From assembly GCA_040285825.1 (NCBI GenBank), contig JAUPSS010000004.1, positions 4,989,784 to 5,053,783 on the forward strand: DNA of 64,000 nt. Direction: 5' to 3'. The notes below the pieces were generated by a model. It saw only the letters and a list, made by a program, of their open reading frames with translations, was not told where the DNA came from and made no database searches. Source of the DNA: Eukaryota sp. TZLM1-RC. Lineage: Eukaryota > Protista > Metamonada: BaSk clade. Position 1 is the stretch's first letter. The number at the start of each line of letters is the position of its first letter. Positions 34,710 to 47,149 of the stretch are shown piece by piece. Position numbers and translations under genes: made by a program.

Positions 34710-35390
34710 CTTATCACTAATGGGACAAAATTCAATGAACCAGGATTTCCTCTACAAATCTTGTTCTGCTTGATGTCTAGCTAAAGCTTCTCTAATTCGA
34801 TTGAAAAACCGAGGGGATCTAGTAATAATGGCAAATTGAATTCGAGAGCGCCTTAAAAAGATATCAAATCTTTTCATTGTTTTTTCTTGAACCATTTTTT
34901 GGAAGTCATTCGATAAATTTCCTGCTTCTACTGATAGACTTCCGTTTATCGAAAATGGAAAAGCAATAAAAAACAGTGGTCTATTTCTATCAGCATTACC
35001 TTCCTCAATATTTGTCTTATTTTCTATGTTTTCTGTGGGCATTAAATTCAAGAGCTTCTTCAGGATTAAGTTTTCTTCTTTGAAACAAAGTGTCATTTGC
35101 AACATTACAATGTTTTTTCAATTTATTAAGGTTTATAAACTTGGGCAACGTTTTCCCAAATGAGGTATAATACACACAATTTTGTTCCAAGAAACTAATA
35201 AAAATATTTATTGAAAATGCACACTTAATTAAATCAATTCATAACTAATGGGACGAAAATCATTGAACCAAGATTTCCTCTACAAAATCTTGATCTGCTT
35301 GCTAAAGCTTCTAATTCTAATTTTCTAATTCGATTGAAAAACCGAGGTACTCTATTAAGAATGGCAAATTGAATCCGAGAGCGCAATAAA
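34710..35390 (-). mobile_element. Two head-to-tail 3' fragments of family A
   Basis: Two EEILVQ/H plus 3' UTR units at ~34710-35110 and ~35205-35390. Confidence 0.8.
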
Positions 35391-36898
35391 GACAATTATT
35401 ACTATAATATATTACAATAGTTGGTTGAAATAACAAAAACAATTTTAAAACCAGACATTATCATCAAAAATTAAAAAATAAGTTAAATAAAAATGTGTCT
35501 TAAAGGTTTCACTGAAGTACAAACAATTGGTAAAACGTTTTTAAATATTGATGGCACAATGATTTTGATATAAATCAATTTCTTAATATGTAAAAATGAA
35601 TAACAAAGAACAATAATTCCATAGTAATCCTTTTACCAAAAATGAGACAAAAATGGCTGGACATTGTCCGTTTTCGTTAATTCAAAAAAATAACACAATT
35701 GACCAACATGTTGCAAAGTACTTTCAAGTTCATTATGTTACACCACACATTATTGAAACCACACAAAACATCTGGTCTGTCTTCAATGCTAAATTTTACA
35801 AAATTAATAATAAATTATAAAGAAAAGTTTGAAAATGTTAGTACCGTAGGAAGAAGCGAAAATAGACCCAATGAAGGGTTGAGACGAGGCAATACAATCT
35901 TTTAGTTCAGAAATATTGTATAGTTTTATCTTTAATTTATAATTATTTTTATCTGTTTAACACTGTTTTCATCAACTCACCATTTTTGTTTTTGGAACAA
36001 CACGTTAATTTTGGTTGAATGGTGGTTAAATGGTATATCTGAACTACTTGAACTTCTACCATATAGAGATATTCTTCATAATAATTTGCACTTGACCACT
36101 GAATCATTGTGAAGTATGGCTTGCTTTATGCATAGATTTAGATGTTCTAGTAGCCTCTCAGTTAATTTTTGTAATTCTCAAGGCAGAGCAGAAAATTCTT
36201 TTGTTATAATTTTGAAAGGATTGTTGACTGAGCTGACGACTTTCAATCTGTGGACCAACTAAATACAACTTGTAATTGAAAAATTTTGGACTGTTTCAGG
36301 AATGTTTGTTTCAATTTGAAAATTTTCTCCATTCCCTAGACAATATTTGAGGAATTCCAAGGTATTGTTTTAAATACAGTTTCTAGCAATGAATTGGGAA
36401 TACATTAATTTTCAGAATCTTAAACCGTAATGTAACTACAAACTAGCATATTGGTTAGACTTTTACTGATTTTTCTAGTTTTATATGAACAGAACATTTT
36501 TAAGTTGGTTGGGACTATCACCGATCGAGCGGTGTCTTCATTTACCTGAACAGATAGTACATTAACTGTCTGTTGAGGAGGCTTCTCTTGAATAAGTAGA
36601 ACTTCCTCAATAAAACAGAAATTAATCATCATTGTTTTCATATTTTTCTGAAAATGAGTCTTAGAATTTTAATGAAATGTGTTTCGAAATATTAGGGAAA
36701 TAGTTTCACAGAGCTGATGGAATCAGGAAAAACACTTACTTATAAATATGTGGACAACATAATGGAATCAGTCCCTACTTCATTGTGGCTTGTTGATTCG
36801 AAAACACAGTTCTCTAGATTCACTAACAGTATTTTGTTTTGAGGGAAGTGTTCAGTAATTTTACTTGGCATTAGAAAAATCTCTTTTCCTCAACTTCG

Positions 36899-37409
36899 AT
36901 GTCTGAAGCCGTTGTTCCTCAAGTCTCTGACTCCGAAGTATGCTCTTAGTCAACACCCTCATTAAAGATCAGATTTGGTGTCTGTCACATCAAGGCCACT
37001 TTCAATGATACATTTGTCGTATGTAGCAATCAAGTCTTTTCCTAATATTAGCACGTTACTGATATCTCTGGTCGTGAAACTATTGCCAGAATCACTGGTG
37101 GTATGAAGGTCAAAGCTGATAGAGACGAATCTTCTCCTTATGCTGCTATGCTTGCCGCTCAGGACGCTGCTGAACTTTGCAAGGTTTGTTATGTAGTATA
37201 ATTCATCACAGTCTCGAGGAATTACTGCTATTCACATCAAGCTAAGAGGTGCTGGAGGTGTTGGCAACAGAAACCCTGGTCCAGGAGCTCAATCCGCTCT
37301 TCGTGCACTTGCTCGTTCTGGATTGAAAATCGGCAGAATCGAAGACGTAACTCCTATTCCCCATGACAGTACCAGGCGTAAGGGTGGTCGTCGCGGTCGT
37401 CGTTTATAG
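36899..37409 (+). CDS. RPS14: 40S ribosomal protein S14 (uS11); introns 36938-36967, 37019-37051, 37184-37211; absent from the ORF track
   Basis: Spliced: [68 protein letters not shown]. Confidence 0.97.
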
Positions 37410-38149
37410 ATCCATTTATTTTTGTGGTTTACTCATACTGTTTCATATCTGCATCATTGATTATTAACCGCCTTCCCGGAAAGAAATAAACCTTCTAGTC
37501 TCTAAGTGTGTGAAGGGTGATTCCAGCAGACTTTGTGAAAACGAAGGTTCTATATGGAAGGCACTCCAGATGCATCGACGACATGACATATTGTTCTTTT
37601 GTGGTCTTGTGTTATTTGTGGCAAAATATCATAACATTACCAATGAAATACGTATCTGTGGTGAATTAATGTGACTACATTGATAATATATCATTGAATT
37701 TTTTTAAAGCGGTACGTGAGTTTGAATGACTCCAATAGTTGTTCTTATACCATCTAATGGTTGTAATCATAGTTTTAGCTTACTGAACCTGGGATCCGGT
37801 AATTTCTACAATATGATTACAGTCAGTAATGTATTGTCTTCTATTACAACAACGCAATAGATTACTATATTGTAACTCATTATTTTATCCAATTGAATTC
37901 AATCTTTGCTATCTTAATACCAGTCATCATAAAGTGACCAATTTTATGACAAGCACAAGACTACATAAATTCATTGATCTCAGCTGCGAGAAAACTTTTT
38001 TCAGAGGTTTTACATTAATCAATCATTTTTCATCACTGAAAAATCCTGACTCATTACTGCAAAAGTTTAAAATTCAATAACTGTCAGCAATTTCTGGTTC
38101 TGAAATCTTAAGCTATTATTGTAAATAAAAGAAAAACAATCCGGTTTTT

Positions 38150-40345
38150 GCAAACTTTTTAATTGACCTGAAGGAAAGTAGCTCAAGTTGTCTCATTTCC
38201 CAAATTCCAAATGTTTACGGTCTATTGTTAAATGACCATCAATGGACAACTGCCTTAAAATGAGGTGTTTTCTTTGGCCGTCCAGTGTGCCAAATGATTT
38301 GATTTGTCGTTGTGGTCAGCTTATCAATCTGAATCATTTATTCAATTGCAAATTTAATATTACATATCGCTCAGTTGTTCACGATGCTGTTAGAGACCAA
38401 CTATATGCTATGTGCAAAAGTCACCACATTGAAGCTTTTGTTGAACTTCTTGTGCGTAAGTTGTCACCTGAAAATGAAGATGAAAATACTTTTGGGAAAC
38501 GCCGTGTTGATTTAATCACAACTGGGTCTGATGGTGTGATCAAAGTTGTTGATGTTGTTACTGTTGATATTTGTAAGGATTCGGCAATTGATTTTGTTAA
38601 AAAAGATGAAACTCCGCTTTGATTTGCAGAAAAAACACCAAATTAAAAAGTACAATGACCCTTATCTCAGCTAGGACGAGTTGAGCATGTAAAGTACCAA
38701 CTGGTTTCATTTGTTGTTTCTCCTTTTGTCAACATTGAAATATCTGGCATTAAATTTCTCGAAGATTTCAGAAGTTTTATAAAACAAAGAGCAGGAAAAG
38801 AATTGAACTTCATTTTTTGGCACAATAGAATTGTTTTCAGTGTTCTTAAAGCAATTCCAGAAATGCTGACCAAAGCACTGTTACAGTTACGAATAGAGTA
38901 TGAAAATCGCGGGCTTAAGAGACGTGATGATGTTGATGAGTGTATTGAGGATATTGACTTTTACTTTTTTTAATGTTTTGTTAGCGTTGAAAATAAAAAT
39001 ATTTTGCCAAAAAAAATTATTGAAACATTTTCTATTCAGCACTGTCAATTTTCTGGTTATCTCTTTCATGATTTCCTCACAATTTTGAACTCACATAATC
39101 ATTGTTGTGATTGTATATCATCAAATTGTACTTCAGTTAGAAATCCTTTATTTGGGTGGGTTTTAAGTTTTCTCAACTTTCTTGCTTTGATTGGTACTGT
39201 GGAATAGAATATTGATAATCTCTAAAATGCGCCCAAATGGTTGAACAACAATCATGAATTTTTCAAGATTGTTAGACCACTATTTTCTGGGCAGAAAGGC
39301 TTGCTAATTCTGACATTCATAATCCTTTTTCAAATGCTGAAAATTTCAAAATCAAAAAATACAATGAACCTTTTTCCAAATTGTCCACACAACAGCATGC
39401 AAAATACTATTTGTATCCATCTGTATTTTCTCTATTTGGTTCGCTTGCTCCCACGACCATTCGTTTTTGGCAGATTTTGTAAAGAAAAGAACTAACAGAA
39501 GTGTCAACAAATTGTTTTGGCAAAATAGAACTGTGTTTTCTTTCTTAAGGGGATGATGAAGATGGTTTCTGATGCTTTGCTTTCTCTTGAATCTCACTAT
39601 GAGAGAGTTGCATCTAGTTGTTTTGTTTTGGGAGAAATGGATTATTTAGATGTTGGTTTATAGGTTTTTAATAAAAACAATTAAAAAAATGATCAATTAT
39701 TATCAAATAGACTGTGTTTGTTTGACATCTTCTTAATTTATACCATGCTGCTGATGGTCCTAAATTGATATCTTGTCGTTTTTTGTTACAAAATGCTGTT
39801 AGATATTCAATTTTGGTTTTTGGGATACAAGAATTTATTGTCAATAAGATCATTTGCCAAAAAATACTTTTGCTGTCAAAGTCAACAATTTGCTTGAGGG
39901 TTGGTCACATTGAAGATGTTGTTGACTCTGTCTCCGGCAAACATGCATTTGACATTTTGGCTTAAAAACAAAAAACTTGATCATCCTCATGCACTTGGAT
40001 TCCAATCACGAGAAAAACATATAACGAATGGTAATGCGATTGATGAAGATAATGCCGATAGAAATAAACAGCTCGTGTTTAATGCTATCCCGTTTTTTTA
40101 TAAATGAAAAAGCAGTGGAAACAAAAAGAATTTGTTGGAATCAATTTTAAAAAATGCTTCAAGAAAAACAATGAAGAGATTTGATGTCTTTTTGTGGCCG
40201 TCACGAATTCAATTTGCGGATTTTTTATCGAGTAAGAGAAGTAATGGAGAGAAAACAAGCAGATCAGTATTTCGTGGATGAAATGTTGGTTCATTGAATT
40301 TCAGCCCCATTAGATCTTATTTTATTAAGTGTTTTAGTTCAAAAA
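38150..40345 (+). mobile_element. Cluster of decayed non-LTR 3' halves (B-like 38150-39000, C-like 39240-39680, A-like 39870-40345)
   Basis: CRCGQLINLNHLFNC..HDAVRDQ..RRVDLI..VDV and family-specific C-termini. Confidence 0.75.
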
Positions 40346-40511
40346 ACAGTACTTTCATATCTGTTTGAATTAGTCAACACCTATTGGAAGTGTCTGACAT
40401 TCAAAGGTTTTCACAAGGTGTTCTTTTCAAAAGAATGAAAATGTAAATAATCAACATTTTATTACAAACTAAAATACAAAACCTTCAAAAGCAAAACTAT
40501 AACCAACAACA

Positions 40512-41354
40512 CTATTCCCTGCTGACAGGGGTCATAAGCTCATTCATGCTATTCCTCATGTCCAACTCAAAATCAACTTTAGATTGGTATTCCTGATCAA
40601 ACTTCAATACTGCTGAAACTGTTTTGGCAGGTGAAGACTTCACAACATCATCGTCATCACTGTCGTCATCATGATGGTGCTGTCTCTTTGAAATTTCTCT
40701 CGTTCGAAGCAACCGTCGCTTCTCCTCATGTTGACGCTCCAATTGTTGTTCTATTGAAGTTCTTATCCTACCTGAATCAGGAGAACGTGGAGAAACGCCC
40801 ATGCTACGGGATGATGAAAGAGACATGAAGGGGGGTCGATGACCAGAATCTAAAGTTTTCTTGGGTCCTCGGGCAGAAAAGTCGTCTGTTGCATTAACAG
40901 GGAGAGGTGACATTGCTATGGGAGATCGTGTTGCTGAACGTGTGGAAGCTGGTGTGTTTCGAGTTGACATGGGAGTGGAACGACATGAGGGTATAACTTC
41001 CTCATCGGAATCTGCGTCGTTCTTTGAGAGGGTTTTGCCTAATAACTCAGCTGCCTTGGTTTCAAAATATGCGCGATTGATGTCGTTACGAACTTTCCCA
41101 GTGCGACAACGGGGTGTGGACTTGGGAGAAGGATAAAGTTCTGTGTTTTCAGGATATGATGCAGAAGCAACTGATAGGACATCTAAGATACAGTCTTCAG
41201 CCTTTGTTGAGCCGAAATCGGAGATTCGAAGAGAAGGATTTGAATAAGAGTCATTAGAAGGTATAGTGCACTCTTTGAAGATACTAAGTGCACTCATCAT
41301 GCCCTCGTCAGCCATCTCATGCTTCAATCGTTCTCCGGGAGGACCTTTGGTCAT
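40512..41354 (-). CDS. Hypothetical Ser/Pro-rich protein
   Basis: Intact ~280-aa ORF; start assigned to MTKGPP. Confidence 0.7.
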   Translation of the reverse strand: MTKGPPGERLKHEMADEGMMSALSIFKECTIPSNDSYSNPSLRISDFGSTKAEDCILDVLSVASASYPENTELYPSPKSTPRCRTGKVRNDINRAYFETKAAELLGKTLSKNDADSDEEVIPSCRSTPMSTRNTPASTRSATRSPIAMSPLPVNATDDFSARGPKKTLDSGHRPPFMSLSSSRSMGVSPRSPDSGRIRTSIEQQLERQHEEKRRLLRTREISKRQHHHDDDSDDDDVVKSSPAKTVSAVLKFDQEYQSKVDFELDMRNSMNELMTPVSRE

Positions 41355-41425
41355 TGTATTGTTTGAAAAGTTGATAGAAAATGAAAGAGCATATTCCACC
41401 ACCCCACACTCATTATTTAATACAA

Positions 41426-42757
41426 ATGAACAGTTCTGATCATGAAAGTGGTTGGGATGAAGCTGACCCCTCTCCAGATACTGAATCAGTCAATCTTTTT
41501 CTAAAATCTTTTGTTAAACATGGTAGATCTTTTACAAAAATAGCAGAAGAACTCTCTCTCAATCTCGGAGAGGTAAAGAATTTATATCGTTACGTCTGGT
41601 TTACCATTATACGAACATGTGCGTCACGTATAGATCTCCGTCCACTTCATCGGTCATCCACAGACATCATTACCAATTACTACAGAGGCCTCAAAGAAGG
41701 AAAAGTTGGGGATTCACTAGTAGAACACATACTTTCCCCATTGAGAGAAGCTCCTCGCCCGTCTTCACCACGGAGGAGAACAAACCAAACACATTTACCT
41801 GCATCTTGCTTTCCAGTCATGTCTGCAACGGAAACATCCAAGAATGCACGCTATCTTTCCTGGAGATTTATTTCTGAGCATCTACCCTCGTCCTGCTTAT
41901 TATTGTTGACCACTTCTATACATTACAGATCTGCTCCCATTGACTCGTCATTGGTACTGAATCTTCGTCCAGTTTCTACATCTATCGCTCAAACAATGAT
42001 CAAACAGGGTCTCTCTCCTCGCTCTGATGTTACAGTTCCACCTACCAGAACGATCAGAGATATACTGGTTTCACTTACACAGATGTGGAGAAGTGCGATA
42101 CCCAATAACGCAGATTTGTACTTTAAATGTCCAGTTGTTTCAATTGAGTTTGATTCTCGTTCAAGTGGAACAATTGGTTGTTTGTTTAGAAGTCTTGGCA
42201 TGCCAAGGAACAATTTCAAACTTTATTATGGCTTTGGCGTCCGTCAAGAACCTAAACTATTAGTATCCTCAGTAGAAGAAGAATCAGTTGTCAAAGTTCC
42301 AAAATCCAGAAGCTCTCAGTCTATTGTCCCCGTAATTAAAGCAAGAAGATCTGATAGTCCTCCCAGAACCCCTCAACAAGGTAGGTCAGGGGGTCGAGTC
42401 GTTCCGAGTATGAATTCTGGTAGGGATTTGTTCTCGCCCACTAACCCTGCAAATGTTCTTCGTCCCACTGAAACTCCAAAAAGTCCACCTGCTCCTATGA
42501 TTTCGTTAAAAGGGCAACTCTCAATCAATCAATTCTTTCAACCAATCAAAAATAATGAACTTTCTGTCGAAGATGACAGCATTTTTCTTGGTGATGAAGA
42601 GTTTGACGATCTTGATTACGGTTATGGAAGCCCTAATCTTTATTCTCCAGCCTGCTCAATCAGTCTTCTCTCACCACCAAGACCTGAAGCAAGAAGTGAA
42701 AGTACATTAGGTAATAAGGAAGATAGAAAACGGTTAAGTTCTTCATTATTTCCTTGA
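41426..42757 (+). CDS. Cramped/TSL-kinase-interacting protein 1-like SANT/Myb protein
   Basis: FLKSFVKHGRSFTKI...VKNLYRYVWFTI SANT repeat and LNLRP...GLSPR...IRDILVSLTQMW block typical of CRAMP1/TKI1. Confidence 0.65.
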   Translation: MNSSDHESGWDEADPSPDTESVNLFLKSFVKHGRSFTKIAEELSLNLGEVKNLYRYVWFTIIRTCASRIDLRPLHRSSTDIITNYYRGLKEGKVGDSLVEHILSPLREAPRPSSPRRRTNQTHLPASCFPVMSATETSKNARYLSWRFISEHLPSSCLLLLTTSIHYRSAPIDSSLVLNLRPVSTSIAQTMIKQGLSPRSDVTVPPTRTIRDILVSLTQMWRSAIPNNADLYFKCPVVSIEFDSRSSGTIGCLFRSLGMPRNNFKLYYGFGVRQEPKLLVSSVEEESVVKVPKSRSSQSIVPVIKARRSDSPPRTPQQGRSGGRVVPSMNSGRDLFSPTNPANVLRPTETPKSPPAPMISLKGQLSINQFFQPIKNNELSVEDDSIFLGDEEFDDLDYGYGSPNLYSPACSISLLSPPRPEARSESTLGNKEDRKRLSSSLFP

Positions 42758-43215
42758 TTCATATTTTTATTTATTTATTATCTACAAATTTTATTTGGTC
42801 TTTTTTATTATTTTTATTTATGGTTATTTTTTGATTTTTATGATATTTTTTTAAATTTTCCATTCTTGAAAATCTTTGCATTTTTGATACACAGCATGAT
42901 TGTTTAATTGTGTTCAATCCTGGCTAAGATTGTACAATGAAGAGCCTTAATCCTGTAATTCTATTTTCGTCAATTGCGACCATATTAGTTATGAAAACAA
43001 TAACATTAGCAATTTTAGACCAATTGTTGTTTTAGATCAAAACATCGAACATCTATAAATGCAAATATTAGAAAAAGCCATCTATTGAGCACTATCTCAG
43101 AACTTCAGTTCGATGAATCTAACATTTTCAGCACTTTCTGCTGAAGCTAGTAGAATGACATTAGAACTCTATGATAAGTACGAACTTTTGATACTTTTGC
43201 CTGCTGATCAGATAT

Positions 43216-43758
43216 ATGAACCCTATTCCCCACATCTTGATTTCTCTCAACGTCGGTTATCTATATTCTAAGTTGTTCTGTGTTTATCTACGGCCTGTTC
43301 TAGTTTTTTTGCTGTCTGTTCTTGCTGGATGGTTGCTACTGGATATGTGGCAAGTTGTAGGTATGCTCCTCAACAAGCCTGATCACCACTTGCGTTGTTT
43401 TCATGAAGATCCGCTAGGACTTATTCTCTATGTTATTCCCCTTTCAAGAGTTTGGAAATTTCTGCATGGGCACCATGTTTCATTACTCTCCATTTTATTA
43501 TCGGTTTTACATATTCTTCTTGATTTCGTCACTGTACCTCACACAATGGGTCTTCTTGACCCTTTGCTTCACAATGTTTATGAGGTCAGGTTTGGGGTTT
43601 TTCAATCTGTGTGGTATTTTGGGAAACCAGAGCCTCAGGCATTGGTGAGTGAAGTCTATTTCACAGTATTTCTGGCATTTTTGACATGTTTCTGTGGGTA
43701 TAAGTACCAACAATGCTACAATAACAAGAGAATTCAACGATTAGTTATGACAACTTAG
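43216..43758 (+). CDS. Polytopic membrane protein, YdjM-like metal-dependent hydrolase
   Basis: N-terminal His, LLD, RCFHE and LHILLDF motifs among hydrophobic helices. Confidence 0.55.
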   Translation: MNPIPHILISLNVGYLYSKLFCVYLRPVLVFLLSVLAGWLLLDMWQVVGMLLNKPDHHLRCFHEDPLGLILYVIPLSRVWKFLHGHHVSLLSILLSVLHILLDFVTVPHTMGLLDPLLHNVYEVRFGVFQSVWYFGKPEPQALVSEVYFTVFLAFLTCFCGYKYQQCYNNKRIQRLVMTT

Positions 43759-43982
43759 AATTTTTGCTGATGTTGATGACCAAATTTTAGAAATCATTTA
43801 ATCTGAAACAGGCTGACTTTGATGATGTTAGAATTAGACTTATAACATTTAAGAACTTTTTAGTTGAGGTGATTAAGATAATATTACATATTGAATTTCT
43901 CAAGAAATTTTATCAAAAACTCGACTGGATTTTGTTAAACCAATACTTCATTTCATTTCTTCCAGTTGGAGGACGTCTCCCT

Positions 43983-44372
43983 TCAAAATTGTTTTACAGA
44001 GTAAGTTCCAAGTTTGGATATCTGACTTGTTGTTGTATACCATATTTTGTTTAAATGAAAAATGTAAAAAATCAACAGTAGAACAAGACAAATCAGAGCA
44101 AACAACACCAAATAAAATTTGTTTGTCCATTCAGAATCTTCTACTGGATACCATGAATACAAGTAATCAGTGTTTCCAAAATGGGGAACCAGGACCATAA
44201 CCAAGAAAGAATGGAAGGATGTATCTAATGAATTTTGAAACAGTGTAAAATCTAGAGTGATTCTTTGACCTGAGAAGTGCCAACAACTTGAGGTTTGTTT
44301 TGCACTTTTAAATGAAGACACAAGGACACGTTTGGCCCTCAATGTCTGCTTTACTGAAATAAATAAATACAT
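43983..44372 (-). CDS. Hypothetical small membrane protein
   Basis: 129-aa ORF with one clear hydrophobic segment; no recognised family. Confidence 0.35.
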   Translation of the reverse strand: MYLFISVKQTLRAKRVLVSSFKSAKQTSSCWHFSGQRITLDFTLFQNSLDTSFHSFLVMVLVPHFGNTDYLYSWYPVEDSEWTNKFYLVLFALICLVLLLIFYIFHLNKIWYTTTSQISKLGTYSVKQF

Positions 44373-45229
44373 TCATTATGAAAATCAAATCAATATCTTA
44401 CCTTTAAAAAGTTTAAATTTGTTCATATGAATTATTTACAACTAGATCTGGGTCAATGGGACTGATTCATAGTGATTGTAATTACACTAGGGCCAAGTAA
44501 AACATTTTAGAGTCCTGTTCCCTAGTTGTTGTAGTTGGATTTGTTGTCTGAATAAAAACAACTTTAAAAAATGTTGCACCCGTGATAATTTCATAACATT
44601 GCATAATATAAAGTTAATATGTGTTATCTATGTTCACAAACTGTTGATTCCACATCGCGAATTGTTGATCACAATTTGAGATCCACTTCTCCCTCGATTT
44701 CTCTCACATTGTGCTGATCTTTTAACCAAGTTCGGGTCAAATTCTGTTCTGCTTAATTGGAAGTTAATGAATCTTTAATTCGTGATCAGTTTTTATGTTC
44801 TGCTGATTTAGGTAGAATTGTCTTTACAAAATTATCTTAATTATTTTGTGTAAAGCAGTATTTTTAGGAGGGGGAAATATTTCGTTCTTTGAATTTTGTC
44901 AGAAAGTTTCTAATGATGTTGATCTAATGAATCTTATTTTTTCTTGAATCGATGACAATCAAAATTAGATAATTTGCCGAGTGATATTCGGATTCAGTGT
45001 TTTCCACAAAATGTTCAGGAAATTTCGAATCGATCGCTCATTAAATGCGGGGCTATTGAAACAGCTCCAATACCATTTTGTTGAATTGCATGAAAGCTTG
45101 AATTGTGAAGTAAGACTTGGCTTGGTGAAACCTAAAATTACCGCTCTTAGTAATTTTCTAAAAGACATTTGTAATAGTTCTGCTGCTGTTTTTTAAGGCA
45201 AAATTCTTTCTATTTATGGACTTCTTCTT

Positions 45230-45930
45230 AAAAAAGAAAACAAGACAATGAATATCTGTTGAATATGCGTTTTCGTTGTTTTCTATTACCAAACAATTTG
45301 CCAAAGCATTTAACATGTAAATGTGGTAAACTTCTTTTGCTTACTCGTCTTCTGAACTGGAAATATTTGATTTCATTTAGAAGTAAAATACATAATATTG
45401 TGTGAGACCAAATCTATGTCATGTTCAGAGCAGATTGAGTCAATTACATTTCACAGCCATTGTATGGAAACTCCAATAATTTAGATGCAATGTTTATTGG
45501 CTCTTGTAATTCTTGTACTGAACATTAAATTTATTTTGATGTCAAGAACCTTCTTCTTGTAAGGGGATAATCATAAATTTCTAAAAATAGGAAACCTATT
45601 TGCTCTGTCAATGAAAATTTTCATCGCCAACACAATATACGTCCCTTTGTTTGTTCTTCGCTCGCTTCTGTAGACAAGGATGCTTTGGCATTCCTTGAAG
45701 ATTTCAGTGTATTTGTACAAGTAAGGACTAGCAGAAATTTCAATAGTGTTTACTGTTAAAACAGCATTGCATTTTCAATGTTGAAATTGATTTCTGAGTC
45801 AATTTTTTCCTTTGGTTGATTTTCCGAAATTTTGATAATTAACTGTTTCGATGAAAAGGAGGCAGCTTTTGAGGATGTGGAGCTTAAGTTGTGTATTTGA
45901 TATTTTTATTCGTTTTTGAATAAATGAATA
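45230..45930 (+). mobile_element. Highly decayed family C non-LTR 3' half
   Basis: Nucleotide similarity to 29170-29890 (gtgagaccaaatctatgtcatg, tttgaggatgtggag). Confidence 0.65.
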
Positions 45931-46393
45931 GTTTTTTCTAAAAGTAATGGTAACAATATTTGATGTCCTTACTTTTTTTTCATGAACTTTAATATAAAAT
46001 ATACTGGCTTCTTCCATTCCTATTTTCAATTTAAAATATTATTGAAAAAGAAAAAGAAATTTTTTTTAAATATTTCTTGGCAACAATTTTGTGCAGTACA
46101 TTAACCAGTTAATGATAGTTTAAGACAATGTGTTCTGTGTGAAATGGATTATATACGCGTGCATTCTACATGTCATAAAATAGTAAAATAACTTGTATCC
46201 CAAAACAGGACAGGAATTCCAGTTGTAGTGTTGGTTTGGTGTCTGGAGGAGTGAAATGGTAGCACATAACTGGGTTAGATGACCACTCAAAGCTAATCAA
46301 TATGTCTGACCGTTGTTCTTGATATTGATATCTACTAAGTTATTGAAGGTTCCAACATGTGCTCTCTTCTACGAACATTGATCACTTGCATTA

Positions 46394-46824
46394 ATGAACG
46401 GAAAGCAGCTGTTTCTTAACATCATATGGGTAATCTTTATAGGTTGGGCATTCTTCATTGAATATATAGTAGCAGCATTCTTCCTTGCAATCACCATTAT
46501 TGGTATACCCTTTGCATATCAGTTAGTACGACTAGGATTTGTAGCACTCATACCATTTGGACAAAGGGTCGGCACTGTTCAAGATGCAGACAAGGATGTA
46601 CTTACTACCATTTTCAACGTTCTGTTTCTAATCTTTTTCTTCTGGATTCCACTTATCCATTTGTTATTCACAGTGGTATTCTTCCTTCTTATCTTCACCA
46701 TTCCTTTTGGTATAGTATGTTACTGAATTTTGATTCATTGTAGGCAAACTGGAGGTTATTCAAACTTAGTTTATGGCCATTTGGGCGTGAAATCTATCAA
46801 GAAGATGGTACTTCCTGGACGTAA
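46394..46824 (+). CDS. YccF-family inner-membrane-type protein; intron 46715-46743
   Basis: Two YccF repeats: LNIIWVIFIGW..ITIIGIPFA..ALIPFG and FTIPFGI|ANWRLFKLSLWPFG after splicing. Confidence 0.85.
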
Positions 46825-47149
46825 TATCAGAACTTCATGTATTATTGTTATTTATAAAGCTTGTTATTGTTGTTGTGTACATTCAATTATTAGGATTGTG
46901 TGACTTGAGCTCTCTCCTGGTGAAGAAACTCACATAATGAGAACTCTTATTAAAACAATGAGGGGGGATGATTCATTGTCCAGGGGCTCGAGATGACCCA
47001 CTGCTATAATGATAAATCATTTTGTTGTGGCCAATCTTGGTTCAAATTTGAAGCTCAAATAGACAATTAATTATTTAATAAATCAAAGTATATTAAATAC
47101 TTTCATCAAATTCATTGATTTTCCACATCAATTTAATGCTTTGAGATTT

